A stretch of 64,000 bases of DNA. It comes from Eledone cirrhosa. Lineage: Eukaryota. Every line of letters starts with the position of its first letter. The stretch's first letter is position 1. The DNA is taken from contig OZ024741.1 of the NCBI GenBank assembly GCA_964016885.1, positions 164,982,001-165,046,000 of the forward strand. The letters are read 5' to 3'. The notes below the pieces were generated by a model. The model saw only the letters and a program-made list of their open reading frames with translations, was not told the origin of the DNA and did not search any database. This document shows positions 1-12,330 of this stretch, piece by piece. The position numbers and the translations under genes are program-made.

Positions 1-194
1 AAACACATGAACATGCTACACACATTGAAAAAAGACAAGATGGAGTAAACAAAACAAAATCAAAACAGAGAGAAAACAGAGGAGCAAGAATAGTCATTGA
101 GAAGGTCACAGGTTGTGTGATGACAATCAAATATTACAATTAAATAATCATCCGTCTAATAAATGAACCAAGAAATGGATTAGTTGCCTGACTA

Positions 195-375
195 ATAATT
201 GTTTCTACTTTAGGCACAAGGCCAGCAATTACCCAGTGCATTACTGGTACTTTATTTTATCGACCCCGTAAGGATGAAAGGCAAAGTCAACCTCGGCGGG
301 ATTTGAACTCAGATCGTAAGGGGACGTAACTATGCTGGAAAGCATGGCGTCCGACCCTCTACTGATACTGCCAAT
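195..375 (-). mobile_element. tRNA-headed SINE family A (young short form), 5'-truncated
   Basis: Reverse complement reads TTGGCAGTATCAGTAGAG (A-box-like) ... GAGTTCAAATCCCGCC (B-box) ... GCCTTTCATCCTTACGGGGTCGATAAAATAAAGTACCAG ... GAAACAATTAT. About ten close copies in the window. The central block resembles the Meta/MESC SINE domain as recalled. Confidence 0.9.
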
Positions 376-647
376 AATAAAACTTAACTGGTGCATGTGT
401 TTTTATTGGTAGCCTGACTCGTTCAAAATATAACATATAAGCAGAGGCCGGTCATCGAAGAAATAACACCACATGTTCGGCCAGCTCCCTGTATCATGAA
501 AAGAAAATTTTTTGAGGGGAGATTATTGGATATTTCCCAATTTAAAAGTTTCTTAGGAACTTTCAAATGTTTATTTTAGGTTTTGCTGGCTGAAGAGCTC
601 AGGCTATCATAACCGATAGTCGTCAGTGAAATATGTATAACGGAGTC

Positions 648-863
648 TTAACCCTTTAACATTTACATTACTTTATATTTACTATTGTATTTTCATGGTA
701 AAGGCTTTATCTCATATAATATTGAATCTAAGAGATCTTGATGTTATTTATTTTAGGAAAAATACCGTAACATCAGTATGAGTGGCCAGTTACAGCCAGT
801 TTGAACAGAAAGAGGTGAGGGAATTCCGGCCGGATATGGCCAGTTTAAATGCTAAAGGGTTAA
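648..863 (+). mobile_element. piggyBac-type MITE family 1
   Basis: TTAA|CCCTTTAACATTTA ... TAAATGCTAAAGGG|TTAA: TTAA target duplication with CCC-starting TIRs. Homologous copies at 31941, 51399 and 58809. Confidence 0.85.
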
Positions 864-1172
864 ATAAACCTGAATCAACAGAATATGGCCTCCGATCTTT
901 TATATATATATATATACACACACGCACATACATATATATATATATATTTATATATATACACACATACATATCTGTATATATGGTGATATTGATGATGATA
1001 TATACATATATATACACATGCACGTGTGTGTGTGAGTGTATCTTGTTATCCCACAAAGCCATCAGTTATTTATATCTCAGTTCTGTCAAACAACCATGTT
1101 TGTTGTTTCCACTATTATCTGTTGGAATATAGACTATGGTTGATCAACCTATCCTGTATTCACAGTTGTTAG

Positions 1173-1203
<31 letters not shown>

Positions 1204-1309
1204 CACACACACACACACACACACACACATTAACAAACCAATCTATTATCCAGTGAAGCATAAAATACATGAATGCACTTGTTCTGCAGCAATTGATTTG
1301 CGAGAGGTC

Positions 1310-2170
1310 ATGGTGAGGTATGGTGTGGTGTAATGTAGTTTTATGGTGATGGTGGTGGTGGGTATTGTTTAGTGTAGTGTAGTGTGCCATGGTATAGTAT
1401 AGTGTAGTGTTGTATGGTGTGGTATAATGTAATATAGTGTGGTCTAATGTAGTGCAGTGTGGCGTTATGTAATATGGTGTGTTGTGATATAATTGTTTCT
1501 ACTTTTGGCACAAGGCCAGCCAATACCCAGTACATTACTGGTACTTTATTTTATCGACCTCGTAAGGATGAAAGGCAAAGTTAACCTCGGCAGGATTTGA
1601 ACTCAGAATGGCAAGGGCCATAACTCTATACATCAAAGCATGGCATCCAACCCTCTACCGACACTGCCAATCCACCACCTTTATGTTGTGATATAATGTA
1701 GTGTGGTTTGGTATAGTGTAGTGTTGTGTGGTGTGGTGTGGTATAATTTAGTGTAGTGTGATGTGGTCTGATGTAGTGTAGTGTGGCATGATGTAATTTG
1801 ATGTGGTGTGATATAATGTGGTGTGGTGTAGTGTAATGTGGTCAAGTATAGTGTACTGTTGTAGTATGGTATAATGTGGTCTGATGTAATGTAGTGTAAC
1901 ATAGTTTAATGTGGTGTGGTGTAGAGCAGTTTAATGTGGTGTTGTGTGGTGTAGTGTAGTATGTGTAGTGCAGTGTGGCATATTGTGATATGGTGCAGAA
2001 AGGTGTTGTCTAGTGTGGTGTAGTGTTGTGTGATGTGATGTGGTGTTGTGTGATGCAGTGAGGTGTATTATAGTATAATGTGGTGTTGTACAATATAGTG
2101 TTATATGGTGTAGTGTGATGTTATGCAATGTAATATAGTGTAGTCTTATGTAATGTAGTGTGCTGTAGTT
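1310..2170. repeat. Degenerate pentanucleotide (GTGTA/GTGTG)n microsatellite, interrupted by a SINE
   Basis: Direct inspection; explains the HTT/HYT-rich pseudo-ORFs. Confidence 0.9.
1489..1680 (-). mobile_element. SINE family A, full length, with 14-bp TSD
   Basis: TGTTGTGATATAAT at 1480-1493 and 1684-1697 flanks the element. Confidence 0.9.
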
Positions 2171-2708
2171 GTTTAGCTAAAAACATTTGTCATCAGAGGC
2201 TGTGAGAATTCCATCTTTTTCTCCAAAGTTCTGTGTATCCTGGGCTTTAGCATAGAAAGTGCTTTTTTCCATTTTGAAAATGGTGGCGTGTGATTTAGAG
2301 GTTATTTGGTTACCATTTCTAGTAGGTTGAGCAAACACATAGAATTTTCTTTAATGGCTCATATAATGTAGTGTGTTGGGGGTGAAATAGTGTGGTGTAA
2401 TACGGTGTAGTGATGTGTGGTGTAATGTTGTGTGCAGTGTAGTGTGGCCTGGTTTAATGATACATAATAAGGTAAGCATGAAAAACCAGTTGTGATAGAA
2501 AGTGGTTGGTGATAGGAAAAGCCCCCAGCCATAAAAGCCATGCCAAAAATAACATGACAGCCACAATAAAGATGGCTGCTTTTTTTCCTTTACTTCTATA
2601 TGTGTAAAATAACAAAGGACCAAATGAAACTGCGAGACCTGTCTAACCCATGCCAACAAGAAAAAGAAAAAAGACATAAAATTATGGTAATGATGTTATA
2701 AAAATGCG

Positions 2709-2745
<37 letters not shown>

Positions 2746-4308
2746 ATGTGTCTTTAATATGATATGCCTAATCAATGCATCAAAATGATAAATGATACAC
2801 CAGAAAATAAAATAATTAATTATAAAGCATCTTTATATCTCCCTCTATCTGACAAATTAAATGTTCTTTATTATATTTAAATTAACATCAATAATAGTAT
2901 TTTCATGGATCACAAAGCTGGACCTGAGTAGGATTAAGTGAAGTGAATGAATCCAGCCTTGGATAAAGCTATCATCTATCACAGAAACTTTCCCACAAAA
3001 ATCTGACAGCTAGGTGACAATAGAATTATCTGTCATGCCCCCTCTCTGTCAGAAGAGAGGGAAGGAGGGGACAGAAAGACCAGGCAGCATGGAACTAAAA
3101 TGCTGAAGTGGCATTACTCTTCAAGTTCTAGTTTTTTTATATGTTATTTTACTTGTATGTATATCATGTAAGTATATGTTGTGTGTTGGGCCTCTGTTAG
3201 TTACCATAATGAGTGTTCCAGTTGTGTGACCAATGGAATTGCCAGCTCATGAAATTAACATGCAAGTGGCTATGCATTCCACAGACACGTGTAGTTTTAA
3301 CATAATTCTCAGAGATAGTCAGCAGGATACAATGTGTGACAAGGCTGGCCATTTGAATTACCAGCTGAATGGAAATGTGTACATGCCTATTACCTATAAG
3401 CCATACATAAAACATATGTATTTAGCACTACGTACTAAAATATGTAACCAGCAATTTGAAACTGCCTACATTTTACATTTAGCCAAAGGAAGAGGATGTT
3501 TTATAGAAGCCTGGACATATTACTAGCTTTGCATAGACAGGCCTGGTCATATCTATAAATACAAACAAAAAACAGTAGATTGGAAATCAAGAACTATGGC
3601 TCAGCATCCAAAGGCTTTATCTATATAGTCATCTTTTTTTTTCTCATAAAAACATTTGCTGGTGCCACAATAAAATGTGCTCACACCATACTGTAAAGTT
3701 TTAGTGCTGGAATCATGATAAAAAGCACCCAGACCATCTTGTATGGTGCCATAATAAAACAAACCTAGTAGACACTGTAAAGTGGTTGGTGTTAGGAAAG
3801 ACATCCAGCCATAGAAACCACGCCAAAATGGAAAAAAATGTACAAGATGTCAAATCTCAGTATGTGACAACCCATCTAACCCATGCCAGTATGGAAAATA
3901 GACATAAAATATTGATGATGATGATAGTTAAAAAGTTATTTTACAAATAGTTTTTGAATTACAGAAATTATGGAAATTCTAAATCAATGAGAAATCACTT
4001 TTTATGAAAGAACCTTCGATCCTAGAATTTATTTCTCTATGTTCAGAATATTCATAAAATAATATCATTGATTCACAGCAACAAGCATATCATCTAATGA
4101 CAGAGCTGAAAGACTCAACTGTATGGAGAGAGATGAATGCTGTGAAAAGAAGTTTGATGGACAATGTCAGATGTGAGAATGTTTAGAGTTTAGAAAGACA
4201 AATATGGGTGGAAGGAAGACCGTGGTTTGTGACAAAGAGAGAGTGAAAGAGTGATTGAGAGAGAGAGGGAGAGAGAGAGGGAGAGAGAGAGGGAGAGAGA
4301 GATAGAGA

Positions 4309-4387
<79 letters not shown>

Positions 4388-5384
4388 AAAAGAATGAAAG
4401 AGAGAAGAGCTATTAATTTGCAATCAAATATGTTGACTATATCACATCTGCAGTGGAGCAGACAATCACCATTATTAATCTAGACTAAAGAAATGACATC
4501 ACGCACACAAACATACACATCACAACACATTGCAAGCATAAATCATTTGCATACACTCTTCACTGACATCACAAACACATAAACATAGATATCCCATGCA
4601 TACATCACATGCATCATTCATACACACATCCATATATACCTCACAGCAATCAGATATATACACACACAGACACCACATACACTTCATGCACACACATATA
4701 CATCATACAAGCACAAACACATACAAGCATACATCAAACACACATACACAAACATACATAATAAAAAATATAAAAATAGCAGAAGCTGAAAGGAGCTCCA
4801 TTAATTGTTGATGATTTCATGGCTGATATGGTGCATGCATGTGATTGCGTGCATGTATGTGTGTAATTCACGGTTGATATAATGTATATAGGACTCATTG
4901 TTCATATGGTGTCTGCATATATATATGTGTGTGTAACATGGCTCATATGGTATATGTGTATGTTTGCATGTATATGGAATTTATGGTCAATAGGCTGTGT
5001 GTATATGTGTCTGTATGTTCCTGTATAAGTCCTGATTAATAAGATGTACATGTCCATTTAATAACTTATTTATCACTACAAATATTGCAAGGAATTTTTG
5101 AGTTCTTGTAAAGCACCACTTTCTAGCTACATTTAAATACCATAAGCTTTTTAATGCACATACTATTAAGGTGAGTTATTCCTGCCGAGACAATATTGCT
5201 TTTAGCATTAAACATCACAACTAAAAACACATATATACATACTCTATATCCCAACAACCCATCCAGCTTCTCAAATCTTCAACAATGCTGTGTCTGCATC
5301 TATATTCTAAAAAATGAAGGTAAGATAAAACTCTGACATTCCTCTCCTAATATTCCAGCTAAGATGTATAGCCATTCTATTAGT

Positions 5385-5607
5385 ATGAATTGGTAGACTT
5401 GTTAAAGCATCACACAAAATACTTTTTTTGTATTTATTCCAGCTCTTCCCAATCTCAGTTCAAATGCTGCTGAGGAGGTCAACCTTGTATTTCATTCTTT
5501 AAGTCAATAAAGTAAAGTACCAGTTATGTACTGACGTGAATGTAATCGACTATTCCCCCTTCCTATGGATTGCTGGCATTGTGCCAATGTCAGAAATCAT
5601 TATTATT
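5385..5607 (+). mobile_element. Older diverged SINE family A (long form)
   Basis: B-box-like CTCAGTTCAAAT, AAAGTACCAGT core and GGCATTGTGCCAATGTCAGAAATCATTATT tail. Confidence 0.7.
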
Positions 5608-5713
5608 GATATTATCCAGTCTAGGTGGCTATATTTTCATAATTTCTATGAAGAAAAACACAAAAGAACTAAAACAAAATCTATTAAAACAAAAACAACA
5701 ATTATTATAACTA

Positions 5714-5745
<32 letters not shown>

Positions 5746-6076
5746 GTTATCATCATTATCATTATTCATAAAGGAATTTATTTGTTTTCTATCAAATTAA
5801 TTAATTTTTTTTTTCAAATGTGTACTTTATTTTCAAAGCAAAATTACTTTAAATCAAAACTGAAAAATAAAAAAGTGGGAGGGACATAATTTCTGCCAGA
5901 CATTTTTAGTTCTACTGTTTGTTTGCTTTATTTTGCTCCGTATTATTATTATTATTATTATTGTTGTTGTTGTCATTACTATTATTATTATTATCATTTT
6001 TTTTTTTCATTGTTTCAATTTTCATTTTTATTGTTTATATATATATATGTTTCTATGTCTTTTTTTTCTTTTCTTA

Positions 6077-6421
6077 TCATCATCATCATCATCATCATTT
6101 TACGTCTGCTTTTTCCTTGCTTGCAAGGGTGGAACGGGAACTGATGCTGGCTTGATTTCTACAGCTGGATGCCCTTCCTAACACCAACCTCATTTACAGT
6201 GAGTGCTGGGTGCTTTTTTGCCGTGGCACCTCCACGACCACTTTGCAGTAGAATGATAGTGACCCCAGTCCTATCATCTCATTTCTACAGCTGAGTAAAC
6301 TGGAGCAATGTGAAATAAAGTGTCTTGCTCAAGGAAACAACACATCACCCGGTCTGAGAATTGAACTCACAACCTTTCGATTGCAAGGCCAATGCTCTAA
6401 CCACTAAGCCATGTGCCTCCA
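6077..6421 (-). mobile_element. tRNA + CORE-like SINE family B with RTE-derived tail
   Basis: Minus strand: TGGCTTAGTGGTTAGAG (A box), GAGTTCAATTC (B box), CCTTGAGCAAGACACTTTATTTCACATTGCTCCAG (CORE-like), AGGAAGGGCATCCAGC box, and tail CCACCCTTGCAAGC...GACGTAAAATGATGATG matching the RTE end at 26488-26530. Second copy at 32818-33154. Confidence 0.85.
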
Positions 6422-6439
6422 TATAAATAATAAAAATCT

Positions 6440-6543
6440 TTACACGCACAAAACCCACATCGTACCGTCCTGTGCCGTCTCTAATGTTTTTTTAATGTCA
6501 GCCCTTGTGACCAATAAAGAAATCATTATTATTATTATTATTA
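6440..6543 (+). mobile_element. 3' end of an unclassified LINE-like element (possibly L1/Tx1 clade)
   Basis: Ends GCCCTTGTGACCAATAAAGAAATCATTATTATT; a related end lies on the minus strand at 59698-59850. The clade is inferred. Confidence 0.45.
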
Positions 6544-6735
6544 GGGCGGTGGATTGGCAGTATCGGTAGAGGGTCGGACGCCATGCTTTGCAGCACAGTT
6601 ACGTCCCTTTACGGACTGAGTTCAAAACCCGCCGAGGTTAACTTTGCCTTTCATCCTTAAGGGGTCGATAAAATAAAGTACCAGTAATACACTGGGATAA
6701 TTGCTGGCCTTGTGCCAAAAGTAGAAACAATTATT
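6544..6735 (+). mobile_element. SINE family A, full length, inside (ATT)n
   Basis: GGGCGGTGGATTGGCAGTATCGGTAGAG head through GTAGAAACAATTATT tail. Confidence 0.92.
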
Positions 6736-7042
6736 ATTATTATTATTATTATTGTTGTTGTTGTTCTTGTTGCTGTTTTTGTTGTTATGTTTCTGATTTT
6801 GCAATCCATGAAATTATATACAACCTGCTTAGAAATTATAGCTATTAACAGTTTGTTGCAACTAAAACTTCTTCTGCCCTTTGCATCCCCTCTTCATTTT
6901 CATCATATTATATACTAATATAAGGGGACAAGTGGGGAGAAAAATATTTTATTTCATATAGGCCGCTTGTTTCAATTAAAATAATTTAAATGTCAAAATT
7001 TATGTTATTACATTTTCTTTATATATATATATATATATATAT

Positions 7043-9010
7043 CATCATCATCATCACCGTTTTACGTCCGTTCTTCCACGCTAGCATGGGTTAGACGGGT
7101 TGTCCTGTTGTGGGCAGTGTCTGGTCAGCTGACCATGCCTTGCTCATACAGGAACTGATTTGGCTTGATTTCTACAGCTGGATGCCCTTCCTAACACCAA
7201 CCTTCCACCTTCAGCGCCCAGGTCTCACTACCATGCAGCATCGCTGTTCGGACACACGCATCATACAGTCTGCCTTTCATTCTGAGGGAGAAGCCTTTTG
7301 CAGCTATCAGTGGTAGTAGTTCCCTAAACTTCTTCCATCCCGTTCTTACCCTAGTTATTGTACTTTCTGAACATCCACCTCAGCTGCTAATTCGGTCACC
7401 TAGGTAGCAGAAGCTGTCTACTGTTTCTACAGAGCCCTCCCAGAGATTGGTGGTACTTGTTTCCTGTGGCTGTTTGCTGCTTGCTGTCCCAGCACAGCTG
7501 CTGCATGTGAAGCCCACATTCTTAATTAAGGTTCCTGAGATCCCGCTACATCTCTTGTGTACCCATTGTTTGCATTTGGGGCAGAGAATGGAGTTCCTAC
7601 CTACACCTTTCCTACATACTGAGCAAGGCCATTTCCCTGAGGGGATCTGGGTTCTGTTTTCTCGTCTACTTACAAGGACCTTAGTCTTTGTCATGTTGAC
7701 TTTGAGACCCTTTCTTTCTAGTCCCTGCTTCCAAGTTTGGAATTTATTCTCTAGTTCTACCATAGATTCAGCTATAAGTGCGAGGTCATCAGCATACAGG
7801 AGTTCCCATGGGCATCCGGTCTTAAACTCCTCCGTTATTGCCTGCAGGACTATGATGAACAGGAGGGGGCTAAGAACAGAGCCCTGGTGGACCCCAACCT
7901 GTACACTAAATTCCTCGCTATACTCATTGCTAATCCTAACTTTGCTGACTGCTCCCCTAAACATGGCTTGTACCGCTTTCACAAGACATTCATCTACTCC
8001 TAGTTTTCTAAGAGCCCACCAGATTACAGCACGTGGAACTCTGCCCAAGGCTTTCACAAGGTCGACAAATGCCAGGTAGAGTGGCTTACTTTTAGCTAGG
8101 TACTTTTCCTGTAACTGCCTCACAAGGAAGAGGGCATCAGTGGTGCCTCTTCCTGGTACAAACCCAAATTGCATCTCGTCTAGTTTCACCCGGTCCCTAA
8201 TCAACTGTGCTATAACTCTTTCTGTTATTTTCATGACCTGGTCCATCAGCTTTATACCTCTATAGTTTCCTCTATCTAGTGCATCACCTTTACCTTTATA
8301 GCAGTTGACAATGATGCTACTGCACCAATCTTTTGGTATGACACCTTCTAGTATTACCTGGTTAACAATACGTGTGGTTATAGTGTGACCTACAGACCCA
8401 GATGCCTTCAGCATCTCGGCAGCTATACCCGATGGACAGGTTGCCTTCCCCATCTTCATATCTTTGATTGCCTTACTTACTACGTTGCTGCTGACTTGTA
8501 CTGCTGGCCCCTCTATAGGGTCTACTTGAGGTAGGGTCTCTTCTTCCCATGCATTCTCCTCATTTAGTAATCTATCATAATGACTCTTCCATGCATCTTT
8601 CTTCTCAGCACTTGTGAGGGCAAGCTCACTTTTATCATTCCGGATACACTTCTCTCCAATGACATCACAACTCTCTCTGACACACTGCCTCGCAATCTTG
8701 AACACCTCCTGTTTCTGGTCCTCACGTTGCAAAACATGCTTCAATTTTCTATCCTCTGCTTCCCTCCTAGCTAAGTATACTTGTCGCCTAGCTTCCCTCT
8801 TGGTCTCTATGTAATATACCCTGCTCCACCCGTTCTTCCATTCTTTCCAAGCCTGTCTCTTGGCCTTAACTGCCTCATCTACCTTATTGTTCCACCACTA
8901 AGTTACTCTCCTCCTGCGTGAGGTCTTACTCCAGCCACAGACCTCATCCGTCACCTCTAGTAAGTTATTTTTTAGGAACTCCCAGTTCTCTTCTACATTG
9001 AATGTCTCTA
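7043..9010 (-). mobile_element. RTE-clade LINE, 5'-truncated and internally deleted; contains RT ORF 7380-8744
   Basis: RT motifs NYRGIKL, QFGFVPGRGTTDA, LAFVDL, GVHQGSVLSPLLF, YADDL, FCYLG. The frame continues past in-frame stops on both sides (WWNNKVDEAV upstream, HGSETWALKVE downstream), then jumps to the AGGAAGGGCATCC/tail module. Confidence 0.95.
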
Positions 9011-10439
9011 TCTGTTCTTCTTTACTATATATATATATATTATCAATATCAGACTAACCCATGCCAGCTTGGAAAGTAGATATAAAACGGTTCTACACTC
9101 TGCTGCTGCTGCTGATGATGATGATTGTGGTGGTGGTGGTGGTGTTGATGATCTGGAATCATGATTAGTCTTGAAATTATGATAATGTCGCATTTTTCAG
9201 ACATTTTATTAATTCAGATTTTAATTTCTTTGTTTGTTTTATAAATTAAAGTAAAAAATAAATAACTAAGTAAACATCAAAAACATATAAAGATCAATAA
9301 TATTTTATTCTAAAATATCTGCAATTGAAATCAGTTTTTTTTTTTTTTAACTTTTCTCTTCTTAACGATGTATTTTGTTTTCATGTTCCAAAGATATGAA
9401 AATAAAATCATGTTATCTGCAGGAATATTTCCTGTATATTATTAACACATCAAACTACATTGCTAATAAATTATCATCATTTTCATCATTATCATCACCA
9501 TAATTATATGTCCACTTTCCATGTTGGTATGGGTTCGACTGAACTGAAATGGTTGTCATGGTTTGAAAATAGATGAGTCAGTGTACCACATCTTTCTTGT
9601 ACATTCCCTTTCTGGTACAGTTCCTATTGCTGGATGCCTTTCCTAATGCCAACCTATTTACAGAGTAAATTGGATCCATTTTATTGTAACACACCATCAT
9701 GAGAAAGGTCATTATGTCTTCAGTATGACTAAAGAATCCTCTCTTGAACCCACACCATCTCTATTCGATTGCTACTACTTTACAGAATGTACAAGGTGTG
9801 TTTTATGGTAGAACTAGTACTAGTGAGTTTGCCTCAGATCTTTATGTTCATTCAAAACAACATGACCATAAGTGTGAATAAAATTGAGAGCAATGACAGA
9901 AGAGGGGTAAAGATCCAGATAATTTCAAAGAGAATTTTTTCCCTTCCCTTTTAAACTTATTTTTTTAAAATTTAATGAAAATTCTATAAACGTTTAAAAA
10001 AAGTTTCAGAGAAGCAAAGTTCAAAATAAGAAAACAATTTTTTTATATAGTGTTTATGTGTGTTTTTGTTTTGTATTTATTTGATTTTTCCTGCAGATAT
10101 AATTTAGTGTTGTTATAAATAATTCTTCAAGAATTCATGTTTTAACTCTTTAATTAGAAATATGTTGCCTTCAGACAATTTTCACTTATGACAGAAAATG
10201 AAATTAAAATTTCCATTTTTACAGATAAAATTTTGTGTAAAATATCAAGAATTCTGTCATACATATTTTCTTTGTTAGTGGCTGGCTGTAATTATAGAAT
10301 ACACAGGAAATAAATAAATAAATTAATTAATAACAATAAACTGCAGTTAGTATCTAAGAATGGACTTATACAACAGGATGTTTATATGTTTTACAACTAA
10401 TATTTTAAAACCTACATGGTGTTAAGCAAAAGAGCAATG

Positions 10440-10740
10440 GTGTCAGTGCAACAAATGGGGCCAGGGAGATACATGGGCCATGGTGACACAGGAACCACAC
10501 ATGTATGGGAGACAGATAAACCATGGTGTTAGTGGAACGAAAGATGGGGAGATGCAAGAGTCATAGTGTCACGGAGACACAAGACATGGTGTCACTGAGA
10601 CACAAGCCATGGTGTTATTGAGATACATGACCTATAATGTCATTGTGAGCCATGGTGTGACTGGAACACTACATGAACCATGGTGTCACTGGAACCCTAT
10701 ATGAGCTGGACATGTGACCCATGGTGTCAAAAGAATCATG
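10440..10740. repeat. Degenerate minisatellite with CATGGTGTCACTG core
   Basis: About ten imperfect units of roughly 25-30 bp. Confidence 0.7.
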
Positions 10741-10895
10741 TATGAGATACCTTGCTCTTCATCAATCAGCCTAGAGAAGTATATAACTAAAATATATTTC
10801 ATCTCAACTGAGAATTGTAAACAGTGTGTATGTGTGTGTGTATGTGTGTGTTTGTGTAAGTAAAACAAACCATTACTACAACTAAAGTATGTATG

Positions 10896-12330
10896 GAGGA
10901 GGTTATAGTTCACTTGAAGCATTGTGTAATGAGGTATAAACGTTTGTATATGTATAATAAAGCCAAAGCAATGCAGGTATGGACATAGAATAAAGAATGC
11001 AAATGCAAAAGATATTGTTGACAATTAGTCTTTTACCTTAGATTTATTTAAATGTCCTTAATTTTCGAGATAATATCTCTTCTTCAGAGCGAAGTAAAGT
11101 TGTCAACCAGTGTTCTAAATAGCTTGCCAAGTCATGCTGACAGGAAATGGTATAGAGTATCTGTTCTATCTCTAATGTCAAAGAGACACACAGACCACAC
11201 ATTTCCTGGAAGTACTCAAACTGAACGGATACACGACATCCACCACAAACCGTGCCAGAAAGAACAGAGGACACCACACCCGAGGCACTAACACTTGCTT
11301 CCTGAAGCTCCCACACTTCAGTGAAGAAACAACAACAGCCATCCGCAGAGCTATCAGACGAGAGGGACTAGATATCGAACTGGCCCACTCAGGTCCTTCT
11401 CTACGCGGACAGCTAACCAAAAAACACTCCACCAGACATGACAACTGCTGCAGACTAGCCAACTGCCCCATCAACGACACAGACCTATGCCACCAGGCTT
11501 ACATCGTATACAGACTAGAGTGTGACAAATGCAACAACTTCTACGTAGGTAGCACCACTAGACCACTCCACATAAGAATAAAAGAACACCTCAATACTAA
11601 CGCTTTCTCATTTAAGAAACACCTAGTTAAATGCAAAAACACCGACAAAACCATAACAGTTAGGATAGAAACTAAGGAAAGAAACCTCGGCAATCTTAGA
11701 ATTAAGGAAGCACTAATTATAGACAAAACACAACCACCAATCAATAATAGACTAGAACTCAACACCCAATTTATAACTTGATAGAGCTTCTAACCCCATA
11801 TTTACCCTCCCCCCCACACACGCACACACACACACACACGCTTACACCTCCACTTATTCTCTCTCACACATACACACACAAAACCAGTTCTAACACGAGA
11901 TAACACCTATCCCCCACATTTACGAATAGACATATCTTCTCACACTCACACACACACACTCACATACTTACACCTTCATGCATTCTCCCACACACTTAAA
12001 CAGGCATGTATATGAAAAAAACAAAAAAAAACAAAAACGACCCCTTTTAAAGGGAGACTACTCTTTATCCACCTAATCTTAACTCTTTGACATTAGAGAT
12101 AGAACAGATACTCTATACCATTTCCTGTCAGCATGACTTGGCAAGCTATTTAGAACACTGGTTGACAACTTTACTCCGCTCTGAAGAAGAGATATTATCT
12201 CGAAAATTAAGGACATTTAAATAAATCTAAGGTAAAAGACTAATTGTCAACAATATCTTTTGTATTTGCATTCTTTATTCTATGTCCATACCTGCATTGT
12301 TTTGGCTTTATTATACATATACAAACGTTT
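10896..12330 (+). mobile_element. Penelope-like element, 5'-truncated, with inverted pseudo-LTRs
   Basis: Near-perfect inverted repeats of about 248 bp (10938-11185 and 12083-12330), an internal GIY-YIG frame, and flanking direct repeat AAAGTATGTATG (10884-10895 and 12331-12342). Confidence 0.92.
11186..11781 (+). pseudogene. C-terminal Penelope ORF fragment (thumb/linker plus GIY-YIG endonuclease), no start codon
   Basis: Manual translation: ...LKLNGY...LKLPHFSE...CRLANCPINDTDLCHQAYIVYRLECDKCNNFYVGSTTRPLHIRIKEH...LRIKEALIIDKTQPPINNRLE...TGA. About 195 codons without a stop; absent from the ORF track. Confidence 0.9.

Noticed and set aside
4079-4175. Possible coding exon QQAYHLMTELKDSTVW...
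   Set aside because: Weak acceptor, no recognisable family, and it may be a decayed RTE fragment.
6544-6640. tRNA gene
   Set aside because: A and B boxes are present, but this is the head of a multi-copy SINE with no proper cloverleaf.
7447-8079. 210-aa plus-strand ORF
   Set aside because: Antisense shadow of the RTE reverse transcriptase frame.
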